DNA from: Selaginella moellendorffii
Lineage: Eukaryota > Plantae > Lycopodiophyta
Length of the DNA stretch: 64,000 nt
NCBI RefSeq assembly: GCF_000143415.4
Contig: NW_003314416.1
Span: 191,332-255,331 of the forward strand
Direction of reading: 5' to 3'
In this document: positions 1 through 10,834 of the stretch, piece by piece
Layout: the number at the start of each line of letters is the position of its first letter
Numbering within the stretch: the first letter of the stretch is position 1
Notes under the pieces: generated by a model
Databases searched by the model: none
What the model was told of the DNA's origin: nothing
The model's input: the letters and a program-made list of their open reading frames with translations, nothing else
Position numbers and translations under genes: made by a program

Positions 1-208
1 TGGTTTATGCGTCTACGAGCGGTTGCGGCATTGCGAGCGCCATTGCGAGCGGCAGTTTATGCGAGTGGCAGTTTGTGCGAGGGTGTCAATAGCATGTTTG
101 AATAATGGCATGTGGCCTCATGCTATTGAGGTTGTTTGGTATGTTATGATTTAGGCCATTCTCCAATCATTTTTTGTATGGTTTTAACTTCTTTTCTGCA
201 CTTTCAGA

Positions 209-3200
209 ATGGCCTTCAGGGTTGGGGAAAAGGTTTACATTTTGAATGGTGGGAAGAGAGTTGCAAAAGGGACCCTTTTGTCTATGGATGGGAACTTTGT
301 TATACACTGTCAAAGGCTTGGGGAAGGCAATGTAGCTGTATCAGTAGAGACTATCTTCGATGGGAATGTGGTCGCTATTGAACGAAGTGAGATGGTCGTC
401 GGGGTAAATGTTGTTGTTGCCTTGAAAAATCTTCAGAAGAAAGCAGATGTTGGGGACAGCGCAAGTGCGACGCATGTTCCCTCCGTGGATCTTAAGAACC
501 GTGCTACATGGATTCAGGCAAAGGTGTTTCTAAACAACCCCGAGGGGGAGGTGGTAGCTGAGGGCTTAGCCACAGTTGTCGATCCAAGAGATGCGGTTGC
601 TAATCAAGAATTGGGCTGGGATGATATTGGAGTTGCGATTTTAGAGGTTGTTGACACAGAAGAAAACAGTCTGACTATTGGAAGCATTGTGCGGTGGAAA
701 TTGAGGCACTTAGTGTTTGAGAATGTGAAGGATTCACAATCAAACACCACTACAACTGATGACAGAACATCTCTTCATGGGAAAAGAAAGTACACCTTCC
801 TAAAGCGCAGCCAAAGGGATCTGAGCAACGAACCGAAAAGGCAGAAAATGGCGATGGAGGTTCGAATGGTCTCAACAGTTGCTTGTTGCAAGAGGAGGTG
901 CTGTCAACATGCTGATTGGGATGCTATTGAAGAGGAGAGAGCAAGATACAAGACATTGTCCTGGAAGGCAGCTCGCAATTTTGTGTATGAGGCATTACGG
1001 TCATCTGTTGATGCTTCAGAACATCAGGTGGGGGGCATGGTCTTCCAAAGGGGTTTGGTCTGCATGAAGGCATGGAGAATCATTTATGGAGTCCCTCGAA
1101 GCACATTCTACAGAATCAAAACTGAGTTCGAGGAACAAAGGGTTCAACAGGCAGTCCATGGGAACGACGGTACGCACAAAATCAGGGGTCATGTTGTATA
1201 TGGAGAGGCAATCTTCAAGAGGTTTGTCGAGACATGTAGCGAGCAGCAACCACATAAAACCCGCCTCTTGGAAGATGGAACACGAGACACCCAACGAGTT
1301 CTCCCTTCCATGTATACCAAGGGGGCCATATTGGAAGATGTGAATCGGGAACTCCAGAGTAATGGCTACAGGAAGCTAAGCCAATCTAGATTTAGTAGAT
1401 TGTGGAGCAACAGGTTCAGGGATGTGAGTATAGGAAAGTACTCCAGCTTTTCAAAGTGTGACGAGTGCACTGCTATCAAAATGGCTTTGTCGAAGAATTC
1501 TTGCAGCGCTCAAGAGCGAGAGACGTTGGTTAGAAGGCGGCTCGACCACAACATCGAGCAGAGAAGCTGCAGGACTGCATATTATCATAACAGGATTCTC
1601 TCCATGGAGAGACCTGACTCTTACCTCTGCATCATCCACGACAAAATGGACCAGAAAAAGACGTGCTTACCTCGACTCAATCCTGCCCCCAAGGCAATCT
1701 CTTCATCCATGCAGCTGCCTGTGTCTCTGTTTGGCATAATCGCTCATGGGCATGGTGCCCAGAACTATGGGAACTTCTTTGTACCTCTATGGGGTGGCGG
1801 GGGTGCAAACATGATGATTGCGTCCCTAGCAAAACACTTAAGGTCTCTGCAAAGTGCGCAGACTGAGCTGAACGGCCAACCCTTGCATAAGGCCCTTGTC
1901 GATCGAACCCCATACAGGGTTCAGCTGGAGGAGGAGCAAAGGCTTGCAATATCGCGTGGGGCCCCATGCCATCCCAGTGAATATGTTGGCCGTCAGATTG
2001 TAGGGTTATCACGTGAGGCCTCATGCCATTCCGACGAGGCTGGTTGCCCGGTGAATGCACAGCCTCATCCAAACGAAGCAGAATCTCAAGGAAGTTCTTG
2101 CGGCCGATGTGGCCTTCCACCCCATCTTCTGCTCCAAACAGACAATGCTGGCAGTGAGAACAAAAACATGTACGTCTTCGCGTACTTGGCGATGCTTGTT
2201 GCCAAAGGCATATTTGAAACGGTTACACTTGGCTTTCTCATGGTTGGGCACACTCATGAAGACGTCGATGCCATGTTCAGTCACCTGGCAGAGTCCCTCC
2301 GACGATCCAATGTCCTCACCCTCCCACAACTCTACGATGAATTCCAAAATTGCATCAAAGGCACTGTTGAAGCTGCACTTCTGACAGAGGTTCCAGACTT
2401 TAAGGGGTTTGTAAGAGGCTACATCAGGGACGAATCCGAAACGCTGATTGGCCACTCCAAGCCTCTTCAGTTTCATTTCAGCATGTGTGACGGTGCTCCA
2501 GTGATGAGGTACAAGATGAGAGAATGGGACACAGTGTGGCTGCCAGTGGACGGCATTGAACTCTTCAAGAGAGATCCCATAACTGGGGAACCTATGATTC
2601 CTCAGGGTTCCCCACGGCCGATGCACCCGGATGGACTCAAAGACCAGGAAAGTATAGTGGCCGGGATTAGACAGCATATTGCCTTCTGGAAGAGGGGGTT
2701 GGTGTTTGGTGGAGAATCCTATTTTCAGAGGTGCAAGCCTTTGCTCGAATACTGGGAGAAGATTATATCTGCTATCCAAAATGGGCCGGTTGTATATGAA
2801 GAATTGGAAGAGTCCTTTTGGCCAGAACCTAGAGCACCAGATAGTAGCGGAACAATGTCCTCTGGAAATGCAGTGACAGATAACGATGTTGAGGATCACT
2901 ATTGTGGGCCGAGGAACAAGAAGCCGGATTCAGCATTCAATCCAGTACAGGTCTGCAAAGGAATGGTCGTGCTTGTCAGACCCAGTAATAAAAAACAAAT
3001 GATATGGGTGGGGCGCTGCATCACTGATGCAGAGGAGGACGCGGAAACTAACTCCTTCAATGTAACTGTGGAGTGGTTCAAGCCAAGTTCCGGATATACG
3101 AAGGATTGCCTAGAAAAGAGATGGGTGTTGAATCCAAGGGATCCCAGCATGAGCATATTGGTGGATAATGTTGTGCATGGTTGGATGCGGAAGCAGAGTG

Positions 3201-3319
3201 CCACCATCACCTTGCCAGACCATGCAAGAGATGCAGCAAGAGCATTCATAACCCGGGTTCAAGGTGAGATTCATGAATATTCCTTTACTAAGTTTCTAAT
3301 GTATTTTATTTCAAGGTGA
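209..3319 (+). CDS. DDD/E transposase, Sola1/DUF7869-like, with two N-terminal Tnp1/En-Spm-like beta domains and a C-terminal BAH/Tudor-like domain
   Basis: 1036-aa open ORF. Motifs: CCKRRCC, VCMKAWRIIYGVPRST, FSKCDEC..H; acidic triad candidates IHDKMDQ / QTDNAGSENKN / GHTHEDVDAMFS. Splice acceptor (cactttcag) just before the ATG. Probable splice donor near 3264, so the true C-terminus may differ. Confidence 0.85.
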   Translation: MAFRVGEKVYILNGGKRVAKGTLLSMDGNFVIHCQRLGEGNVAVSVETIFDGNVVAIERSEMVVGVNVVVALKNLQKKADVGDSASATHVPSVDLKNRATWIQAKVFLNNPEGEVVAEGLATVVDPRDAVANQELGWDDIGVAILEVVDTEENSLTIGSIVRWKLRHLVFENVKDSQSNTTTTDDRTSLHGKRKYTFLKRSQRDLSNEPKRQKMAMEVRMVSTVACCKRRCCQHADWDAIEEERARYKTLSWKAARNFVYEALRSSVDASEHQVGGMVFQRGLVCMKAWRIIYGVPRSTFYRIKTEFEEQRVQQAVHGNDGTHKIRGHVVYGEAIFKRFVETCSEQQPHKTRLLEDGTRDTQRVLPSMYTKGAILEDVNRELQSNGYRKLSQSRFSRLWSNRFRDVSIGKYSSFSKCDECTAIKMALSKNSCSAQERETLVRRRLDHNIEQRSCRTAYYHNRILSMERPDSYLCIIHDKMDQKKTCLPRLNPAPKAISSSMQLPVSLFGIIAHGHGAQNYGNFFVPLWGGGGANMMIASLAKHLRSLQSAQTELNGQPLHKALVDRTPYRVQLEEEQRLAISRGAPCHPSEYVGRQIVGLSREASCHSDEAGCPVNAQPHPNEAESQGSSCGRCGLPPHLLLQTDNAGSENKNMYVFAYLAMLVAKGIFETVTLGFLMVGHTHEDVDAMFSHLAESLRRSNVLTLPQLYDEFQNCIKGTVEAALLTEVPDFKGFVRGYIRDESETLIGHSKPLQFHFSMCDGAPVMRYKMREWDTVWLPVDGIELFKRDPITGEPMIPQGSPRPMHPDGLKDQESIVAGIRQHIAFWKRGLVFGGESYFQRCKPLLEYWEKIISAIQNGPVVYEELEESFWPEPRAPDSSGTMSSGNAVTDNDVEDHYCGPRNKKPDSAFNPVQVCKGMVVLVRPSNKKQMIWVGRCITDAEEDAETNSFNVTVEWFKPSSGYTKDCLEKRWVLNPRDPSMSILVDNVVHGWMRKQSATITLPDHARDAARAFITRVQGEIHEYSFTKFLMYFISR

Positions 3320-3891
3320 ACAATCCGAATCTGAATAAGAGGAGGCGTGATGGCATGTGGCCTTACGCTATTCCTAGGTGAGATGATACAAATAACAAGT
3401 ATAAATTCTTAGTTGTTCTAGCAAATCTTACTTAAAGTTCAAGGTGAACAAGCCGAATATGAATTCATCGGATTGTTATAACAAATTGCGAGGTGATGGC
3501 ATGAGGCGATACGCCATTTGAGAGTGGTAGCCATTCCTATATGAGGTGAGTGAAGTATTTATTAGAAATACCTCATTCAATTGTGCACTTCTAAGTCTTG
3601 GTCCACTTAGTACTGTTTGCATGTTTTTATTTTAATTCTTTCTCTAAAATGTTATTTAGCATGTGGCTTCATGCCATTGCTCTCCACAATCATGCATTGA
3701 ATTTCTATCCTTGCATAATACTTCTCCATATATATAGCATGTGCGCACATGTGATATGGTTCATTAGGCCTGATATAGTGTGTGAGGTAAAACAAAGATG
3801 ATATGACATATGCATTTACCAATCACACGTGCATAAATCTAATAATATGGCGTGTGGCCCATATTATTAGATTTATTGTACCATCATTCCC

Positions 3892-4218
3892 TTGCAGCGT
3901 GTGTGTTGGTTTCCTTTTATAACACAACGAACTCCATATTTTAGGGTGAAGAGCGTTCTCATGGCAAGCACAAAATCTGTAAGTGAGGCAGAAAAGGAGA
4001 CGGAGAAGGAGATAGGTGAAGATGTAGAATATATAAGTCTTCCAAACTCCCCGTACTATACTCCAGGTGATCATTTTTCTGAACAAACGGCAACATTAAC
4101 AACTATCGAGAACGCCCCAGTAACGTCAGAGACAACAATCCAAAGCAAAACAACTGACCCGGAGAAGGATGATAGTACCGCTGAGAGTACCAAAAAGGAG
4201 GTGTCCACTAGCGCTTAG
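3892..4218 (+). CDS. Possible terminal low-complexity (S/T/E-rich) exon of the transposase gene
   Basis: ORF with a candidate acceptor ttttag at ~3945. Conserved (with a 1-bp indel) in copy B at ~30830-31130. Confidence 0.3.
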   Translation: MQRVCWFPFITQRTPYFRVKSVLMASTKSVSEAEKETEKEIGEDVEYISLPNSPYYTPGDHFSEQTATLTTIENAPVTSETTIQSKTTDPEKDDSTAESTKKEVSTSA

Positions 4219-4854
4219 GCTTATAATGGCGTGTGCCCTCATGCCATTTACTTGATCACCAAATACCTTTTTCCCTTTGCACTAGTATATCTTAATACCG
4301 GTCTGAGAAATAGAATGGCATGTGCCCTCAGGCCTTTTACTAAATCACCTTTGAAAGAAATGCAAGCCTCTATGTCGTAAAAAAAAGGTACTAGAGAAAT
4401 TCCTTAATAATATGAATGTTATTTAGTTTCATGAAAATACACTAAGGGTCAAATGAGTTAAACGACTTCTCCAGACTAGCAATGCCTCTTGCTACACCTT
4501 CACAATTAGATTCGTTAGAAAAAGATAACATTGAATAATATCTAAATGTTCTCACCATTAAGTTATATATCTAGCTAATAGGAATGACGTTCATCTTGGA
4601 AAGCTCACCACACGCTCAATGAACAAACAAATAATGTGTGCGTGCATGCCATCGCTCTTCTTTAGCTTCAGATTCGGCTTGTTCACCTTGACAATGAGAT
4701 TTATTATACAACCAGATGGACTCAGTCTGGACACAAAGTCACCGCGCTAGTCACCATGCCCCAGATATGTCTAGCCCCTGGACAAAAAACATATAATTTC
4801 ATGTCATTTTCAAATACTTGAAAATTTGTACCTAGTCCCATTTTACTGAATAAA

Positions 4855-4878
4855 TCCCACTTTAACGAAATAGAGCTT
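4855..4878 (-). repeat. Right terminal inverted repeat of copy A (24 bp)
   Basis: Perfect reverse complement of 12123-12146 and 50648-50671. Confidence 0.9.
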
Positions 4879-5397
4879 GAATCGTGTTGTCCACCACTTG
4901 CTCCAGGTCCACCCCCTGTGCTATCCACTTCTGCCACAGCTTCAAAATTTCTCTTGCCTCCTCTCGTGATGTCAATAGTCCATTACGCACTTCCTTCACC
5001 TCATAGGAGAAAAAGCTTCCCGTCCCTCGTCGCCATGCAGTAGGGTCCCAGTCCAGATATTCAAGTAGCTGCTATCGCCACCATATCAGTGATCCTTCGC
5101 CCTCCAACAGGTCGTTCGATTCCACCACGTCCAGCCTCTTGGGTGACTGCCTAAGCACACAAATCCTCCCACGCACCTCATCGTCCGTGACGTCCGGCAT
5201 CACTTATCTCTCACCTATCGGGAGAAACGTATCTCCTCTCATGATGCAAAAAGGCCATCCTATGTTTTGCTCTTGTGCAGCGACTAACCACACCTTGACG
5301 TCCCCTTCTTCCCATGCTGGTGTAGGTGCAGTGAATGCTCGAGTCCACGTCCCCAATGGACGTCGCACTGCACGTGCTCCTCCCACTCTGTTTGCCA

Positions 5398-6313
5398 TGT
5401 AGCGCACCTGAATTTGGAGCCGAACTCCAAGCCTGTTGCACTATGAAATGAGGGTCTAATACAATCCCACGAGTACCAGCTCCCCGTATCTAGAACCTGC
5501 ACACAAAATGGTGTCAGATGGAGTCTGGCACAATTTTGGCATAACGATGGCCTAACGGGAGGACGAGGGTACCCCACCAACTAGAGCAGAGCATGGAGCT
5601 TGGGCTTAGACCCAAGCCGGACACAGAACAAGGAGCAACACAACCCAGCAAAAGCCAAACTAATGTCATAGGTGGTCGGACATGCATTCCAACCACTATC
5701 CCTACTACACATTTGGAACCCTCCACAGCCCCCCCCGCCCCCCCCCCCCTGAGGAACACATGCTTTGGGCTTTCACCCCAAGCCTCCCTTAGTACCAAGA
5801 GTTTGTCTCTGGGACAAGCTCGAAACTTACTAAATATGGAATGGCGCTAGATTGCAAATTTGGACACGGGATGAACACCATTGTGTTCGAACCGATCTCT
5901 ACATTCCATACATATGCCAAATGAGCAAATCTAGACACTTTCCATAAATAACATTTGGGATAGAAATGAGATCAACACAAAGGGTGTGATAGCGAGGGTG
6001 TTTTGGCAGATATGGTAAGCTATCATCCGGCGATATTGAGGGACTTGTCTCAATACACGAGGGTTCTTGTCACTAGCAAGTGCAGGACAAAACGAGACGG
6101 GAACTCCTTACCAGGCTAAGTATGCTTAGCTAATAGCGCATAGGAATTCCATCCTTATGCTCATCTGATCTAAGTACACTCGAAATGCCCAGTTAACTCC
6201 ACTAGCACAAGAGGGGCTACTAAAGGGATCATGCCATCATGGCAGTAAGGAAAGAGTGTTCGTAAGGACTGGCCGACAAGTATCTTTCGATACCTGAAGT
6301 CATATTCGCGACA
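5398..6313. mobile_element. Probable solo LTR inserted in LINE ORF2
   Basis: 916-bp block absent from the homologous LINE copies (42475-42520, 50455-50500). Termini TGTAGCG...CGCGACA (TG..CA, imperfect inverted repeat). TSD degenerate. Confidence 0.6.
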
Positions 6314-7324
6314 CCGTAGGATCTCCACAAAGTCCTCTACTTTAAGGCATCTTCTCGGCCACTTCGTCCTTGCTTTTGTGTTGTTCACCACTTGGAGGAG
6401 TTGCAGAGCGTCCAGTAGGATGTTGCGTCGCTTCCAAGGTCCAAAGACTTGCATCCTCCTCACTGTTCGCCACCAATCCCTGTCAATCGCTCCCGCCAGT
6501 TGCTTCATGGTCCGGAAGCTGTTTGCATGCATTTTCCTCCAAATTGTGTGGTGTGTCTCTTGTCCCAGTGTCACACCTCCCACCTTGAAAAGTGCATTGA
6601 AAAACAGAGGCTGGTTAAGCCACTCTTCGGCCCTCGTTGGTGGTGTTTGCTCTAGCGGAAAGACTCTCCACAGTCGGTGAAGGCTCTGGATGAAGTTGCC
6701 CCCTTTCACTACCTGAGCCAGTCCTTCTGCAAAGAGCCACCATGGGTTCTCCTCCCACGATTTGGCTGCATTGTGTTTTGGGGAATATCGCTAGGAGGCT
6801 CTGCCGGAACATGAGTTGCCACGGTTGTCTCCCCTGTTGCAAGCCCATGAGGAAAATCTTGTACCTCAACGCCTTGGCCATGTCGCTGGGGTCAATGATC
6901 CCGAGCCCCCCTAGGATGCACAGTCTCACTGTCGACTGCCATGCCACCTTAGCCATGGTTTAGGGTCATCATTCACCCTGTAGCCAATGCTCCACCATAC
7001 GTAAGTTCTCACCATCTGTCTCACCTTCTGCAGTGTAGCTTCCAGCACCGGCCAGATCAAGAGTTGGTACCAAATGCTGGGGAGGATCACGCTCATGACT
7101 ACTACGATCCAAGCTGGGAGCCTGAGTTTCCTTGGTGCCCATTTCTGAACTGTAGTTCAGATCCTCCTGAGTAAGGTATCGTCCTCTGTAGCCACACTGT
7201 ACTGGACTCCAACCTGGATGCCAAGGTACCGAGTGTCTTCGCCAGGGCGAATCCACTGAAAGCCTATCTCCTGTCCCCAAGCCTCAATGCCTGGCTTTCC
7301 CTAGTTCACTCCTACTGACATGTT

Positions 7325-8263
7325 CTAGTTTATGGCTGCTCCCGCTGCCATGTTGAAGATCTCCAGCTTGGACCTTGCTGCGTCCAGGTTCCCCAGGGTG
7401 GCGAGCAGGAAGAGTGCGGTGTCATCTGCAAATGCCCCGTCTTGTAGCTCTTGCATCACGACTTGAGTTCCCGGGAGTTGTAGCCGTTCAGAGGGCAGCA
7501 CCAGGCCTTTTATATCCCCTCCATGCACAAGGAAAGAGCCCGGCGTCTCTACTACTATCAGAAACAGGTAGGGGGGAAGTGGACATCCCTGCCTCACTGA
7601 GTGTCCCAAGTGGAAGGTCGGGCCTATCTCTCCATTTAGTGTGACCCGGCTTGATGCTCCCCTATATAGAAGTGAGATATGCGAGACCATCCTTGCCAGG
7701 ATCCCTATCCTCCACATGCACTCCTCCAAGAAGTCCCAATCGACTCGATCATAGGCCTTCTCAAAGTCTAGTAGCCATGCTACAATCTGTTGATTTGAGA
7801 CGTTTGCCTACCGTTGTGCAAGGAGGTACGTCTATATGTTTTCTGCGATCTGTCATCCCGGCATGAATCTCATCTATTGTTCTCTAATGATGAGGGGCAT
7901 GACTGGCTGTAGCTTGAGTGCCATTGCCTTTGCGTATACCTTGTACAATGTGTTGAGCATGGTTATGGGGCACTAGTTCTTGAGCTCCTAGAGGTCTCCC
8001 TGTTTTGGAATCAATGCGATTTGTCCCTCTAGTATCTCTCCCAGCAGCACCCCTATTTGTTGTGCACCTCGCCATGTCTCCAGGAGCATCAGGCCAACGT
8101 CATCCCAATACTCCTCATAGAATGCCGGAAGGATGCCGTCCATACCTGGCATCTTGTCATCGTTCAGCTGTTCCAAGGCTTGGTGGAGGTCTTCCAGTGA
8201 AAAGTTGGCCACCAGCATCTCCAGGTGCTCGTCAGAAACTCTACATGGAAGACAGGACAACAC
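7325..8263 (-). pseudogene. LINE reverse transcriptase (disrupted)
   Basis: KMPGMDG, ALIPKQGD, LNTLYK, DFEKAYDR, VRQGCPLPPYLF and AFADD motifs split over several frames. Confidence 0.9.
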
Positions 8264-9128
8264 TCTGCTTGCAGCATCTCTCCTATTCTGGGACCAGGGC
8301 TTGGCAGTGTACAGCTTCTGGTAGAACTTCTGTGCCAGCCCCTACATTCCTTGTTGGTCCTCAACCACTTCTCTATCATCCTTCCTCAGTCCTAGGATCG
8401 GGGGGGAGTTGGTGACTGGACGGATCCCCTTGTAGAAGGCTTTGTTGAGAAACTGCTCATTCATCACCCAGCTATCCTCCATGGTATGGAGTCCGGCACT
8501 CCATGCTCCATATTCTTTGTCCCGCAGCTCTGCTTCCCTCATCCAGTGTTTCTGTCCATCTGGCCTTGTCGTTTGTGTGTAGGACCATTCTTTGGGCTGC
8601 CGCCACCTTTTGTCTCGCCAGTCTCACCTCCTTCAGGACTTCCCCTTTAAGCGCTGCCTACCTTTCCCAGAGCTTAGTGGAGCAAGTGCCCAGTGCCAGG
8701 ACGAGTTCCCCTTTACTACCATCTAGTGCTTCCCAGATGAGCTTCACTGCTACCTGGTCGCCCATTGTGGCTTTGGTGATCTTCCTCTGCATTGCCGTTC
8801 CTTTCTCCGCCTGTAGCCTGAGAACGCCTCGGAGTGGGTCGCAGTCTGAAAAGGTGGCAAATGCAGGCCACGTTTTGAGTCCCCCTCCGTCTTGCCGCAG
8901 CCTGGTAGAAGCATAAATCCTGTCCAGTCAAGCTTGTCACCCCATTGATTGACGTCTTGTGAATGGATGGGAGTGTGCAGTGAACCCCTCTACATGCTGG
9001 AGGTCTAGGACTCCCAGCACTTCAACTAGCGCTGTCCAATGCTTTCTCTCTCTCCCCTGAATGGTTTCTAGTGAACCTCACCGGTCACTCAAACCCTCCA
9101 TCATGTTGAAGTCTCCTACCACAAGCCA

Positions 9129-9566
9129 CTAGTCCACCACTCCTTGAGTGCTCTGCTGGATATCTGTCCACATTTGTGCATGCTCCCTTCTTCGAGTGGG
9201 TGCATACATGTTGACAATCCCAACACGCCCAAAGTGTAGGTGTATGACCAACAGCTGTGCTTTCCCTGGGACCAGCACCCTGTGGTCACCTACTTGCACT
9301 GACCACTTGGTAGAGATGATGATCGTGGTTCCTCCTCCACAACATATTCTCGCTTGTGTGGCCGGATTCCACCAAATTCTCCCGCGTATGCCCAGGTTGA
9401 AGTCTGGAGCCTTCACCATCTTGTCCTCTTGAATGCACAGTATGTCAATCCTCCCCTCTAAGCCAATCTCCCAGATGTGGGACTTGAGCTGTACTCTCTT
9501 GTTGAGTCTGCTGTCATCGGAGCTCAATCCCCGACAGTTCCACGTGAGCACTGTGAGCATAGTCAT
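9129..9566 (-). pseudogene. LINE ORF2 N-terminal APE-type endonuclease
   Basis: LTWNCRGL...DILCIQE...NMYAP, followed by a stop and then GDFN. Confidence 0.9.
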
Positions 9567-10264
9567 GGAGCAACATATTTCCAGGAGAAAACCGTGTTGC
9601 TAGGCCAAGCCCTCCATTTTGTGGAGATGGTCCATACTGCAGTGAGCCTCCCCTTGTACTTGGTCCAGGAGAAGCCACACACTGCATATTCTGTAAAGCC
9701 CGTCCACTCTGTGATGGCACGTTCCATTTGGGTCTAGTAATCACCAAGCGTGATGACCTCTGGGAAAGCCGTGTGTCCTTGGTACATCAGCCAGTCTCCA
9801 GCCTCTGTGGTTGTCAGCTCTCTCCTGGGTGGGATCCATCTGACTGCCATGTTCATGGTCCAAGGAAGAACCTGCTGAAAGCCTTCTCCGTCGTTTTCAG
9901 CAATCGGGCTCTCGAACATTCTGGGCCGTGAATCAGGTCCAAAGAAAGGCCGGCACTTGGGAACCGTGCTTCAGTTGTTTCTCCACGGCCTCTGGGAGTT
10001 CGAAGGGACGTCCTGGAGCAAGCTTGGGCCATGTGTGGAGCCTGGTCTAGAGGATGTTGCTTCAGTTGCTTCTCCACAGCCTCTGGGAGTTCAAAGGGAC
10101 GTCCTGGAGTGAGCTTGGGCCATTTGGTCATGCACGCATTCTCACTGTGTCCGGACTATAGGCAAAAACCACAACGTGGTGCTTTGTTTTCCACCTGTAT
10201 ACAAACGTACTATCCCAGGACTGCTATCTCCGTAGGGAGTTTTGCTGGGGATGAGACAAAGACC

Positions 10265-10834
10265 TTAAGTCTGACAGGGCCCAGAATGCCCTCCGCATCC
10301 ACAGTGTCTAGGCCCAATGCTTCCCTTGACAAGCTCTCTTATCACCTCTTTGATCCTCATCTCCATTGGGATGTCCCACAATGCCACGTTAAGTGGGACA
10401 CTTCCCCCCTTCAACCGTGCCTGGTCATCTGCCGTGAACCTTGGAATCCACGGGTGAAAGGATACTGCCCAGCTATCGTCAATGAGTCCATGTAGCTCCT
10501 CCGCTCGAGTTTGTGCCTCCTCTGTCTCAAACACCACTGTGTAGCATCCACGTCCATGTGGGAGCAGGTTCTTGATTGTAATCCCCTGCTCCAGTGTAGC
10601 ATTCAGCCAGTCCATGGCCATGCAGCCGGTGGGAAACTTCCCTCTGAATACTGCAATCACTGCTCTATGGCGTAGTTCTTCTTCTCTGGCTGCCACCACC
10701 TGGCTGAGTGCCTCACCCAGCTTGACTGCCTTTGTCGTCACCTTGGCATCTAGCGCTATTCCAGCTCGTTTCCTTGACTCTCCGGTGTGAGGCTCTGTCT
10801 TAGAGGCTTCTGTGTGCGGGATTTCCTTTACCAC
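10265..10834 (-). pseudogene. LINE ORF1 fragment (DUF4283/RRM-like)
   Basis: GRGCYTVVFETEE...FHPWIP...VALWDIP pattern typical of plant L1 ORF1, with a downstream zinc knuckle. Confidence 0.7.

Larger units (their letters stand above)
1..4878 (+). mobile_element. Large TIR DNA transposon (Sola1/DUF7869-like), copy A, right-hand part; left part lies upstream of the window
   Basis: Near-identical to 18951-21062 plus 28905-31802. Carries an intact transposase ORF and ends in TCCCACTTTAACGAAATAGAGCTT, the reverse complement of the left ends at 12123 and 50648. Confidence 0.88.

Noticed and set aside
2021-2899. 292-aa antisense ORF (also 28913-29791)
   Set aside because: Shadow of the transposase reading frame with no recognisable motifs; its conservation is explained by the recent duplication.
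105-4336. 22-bp palindromes as CRISPR repeats or MITEs
   Set aside because: Irregular spacing of tens to thousands of bp, no TSDs, and too short for MITEs.
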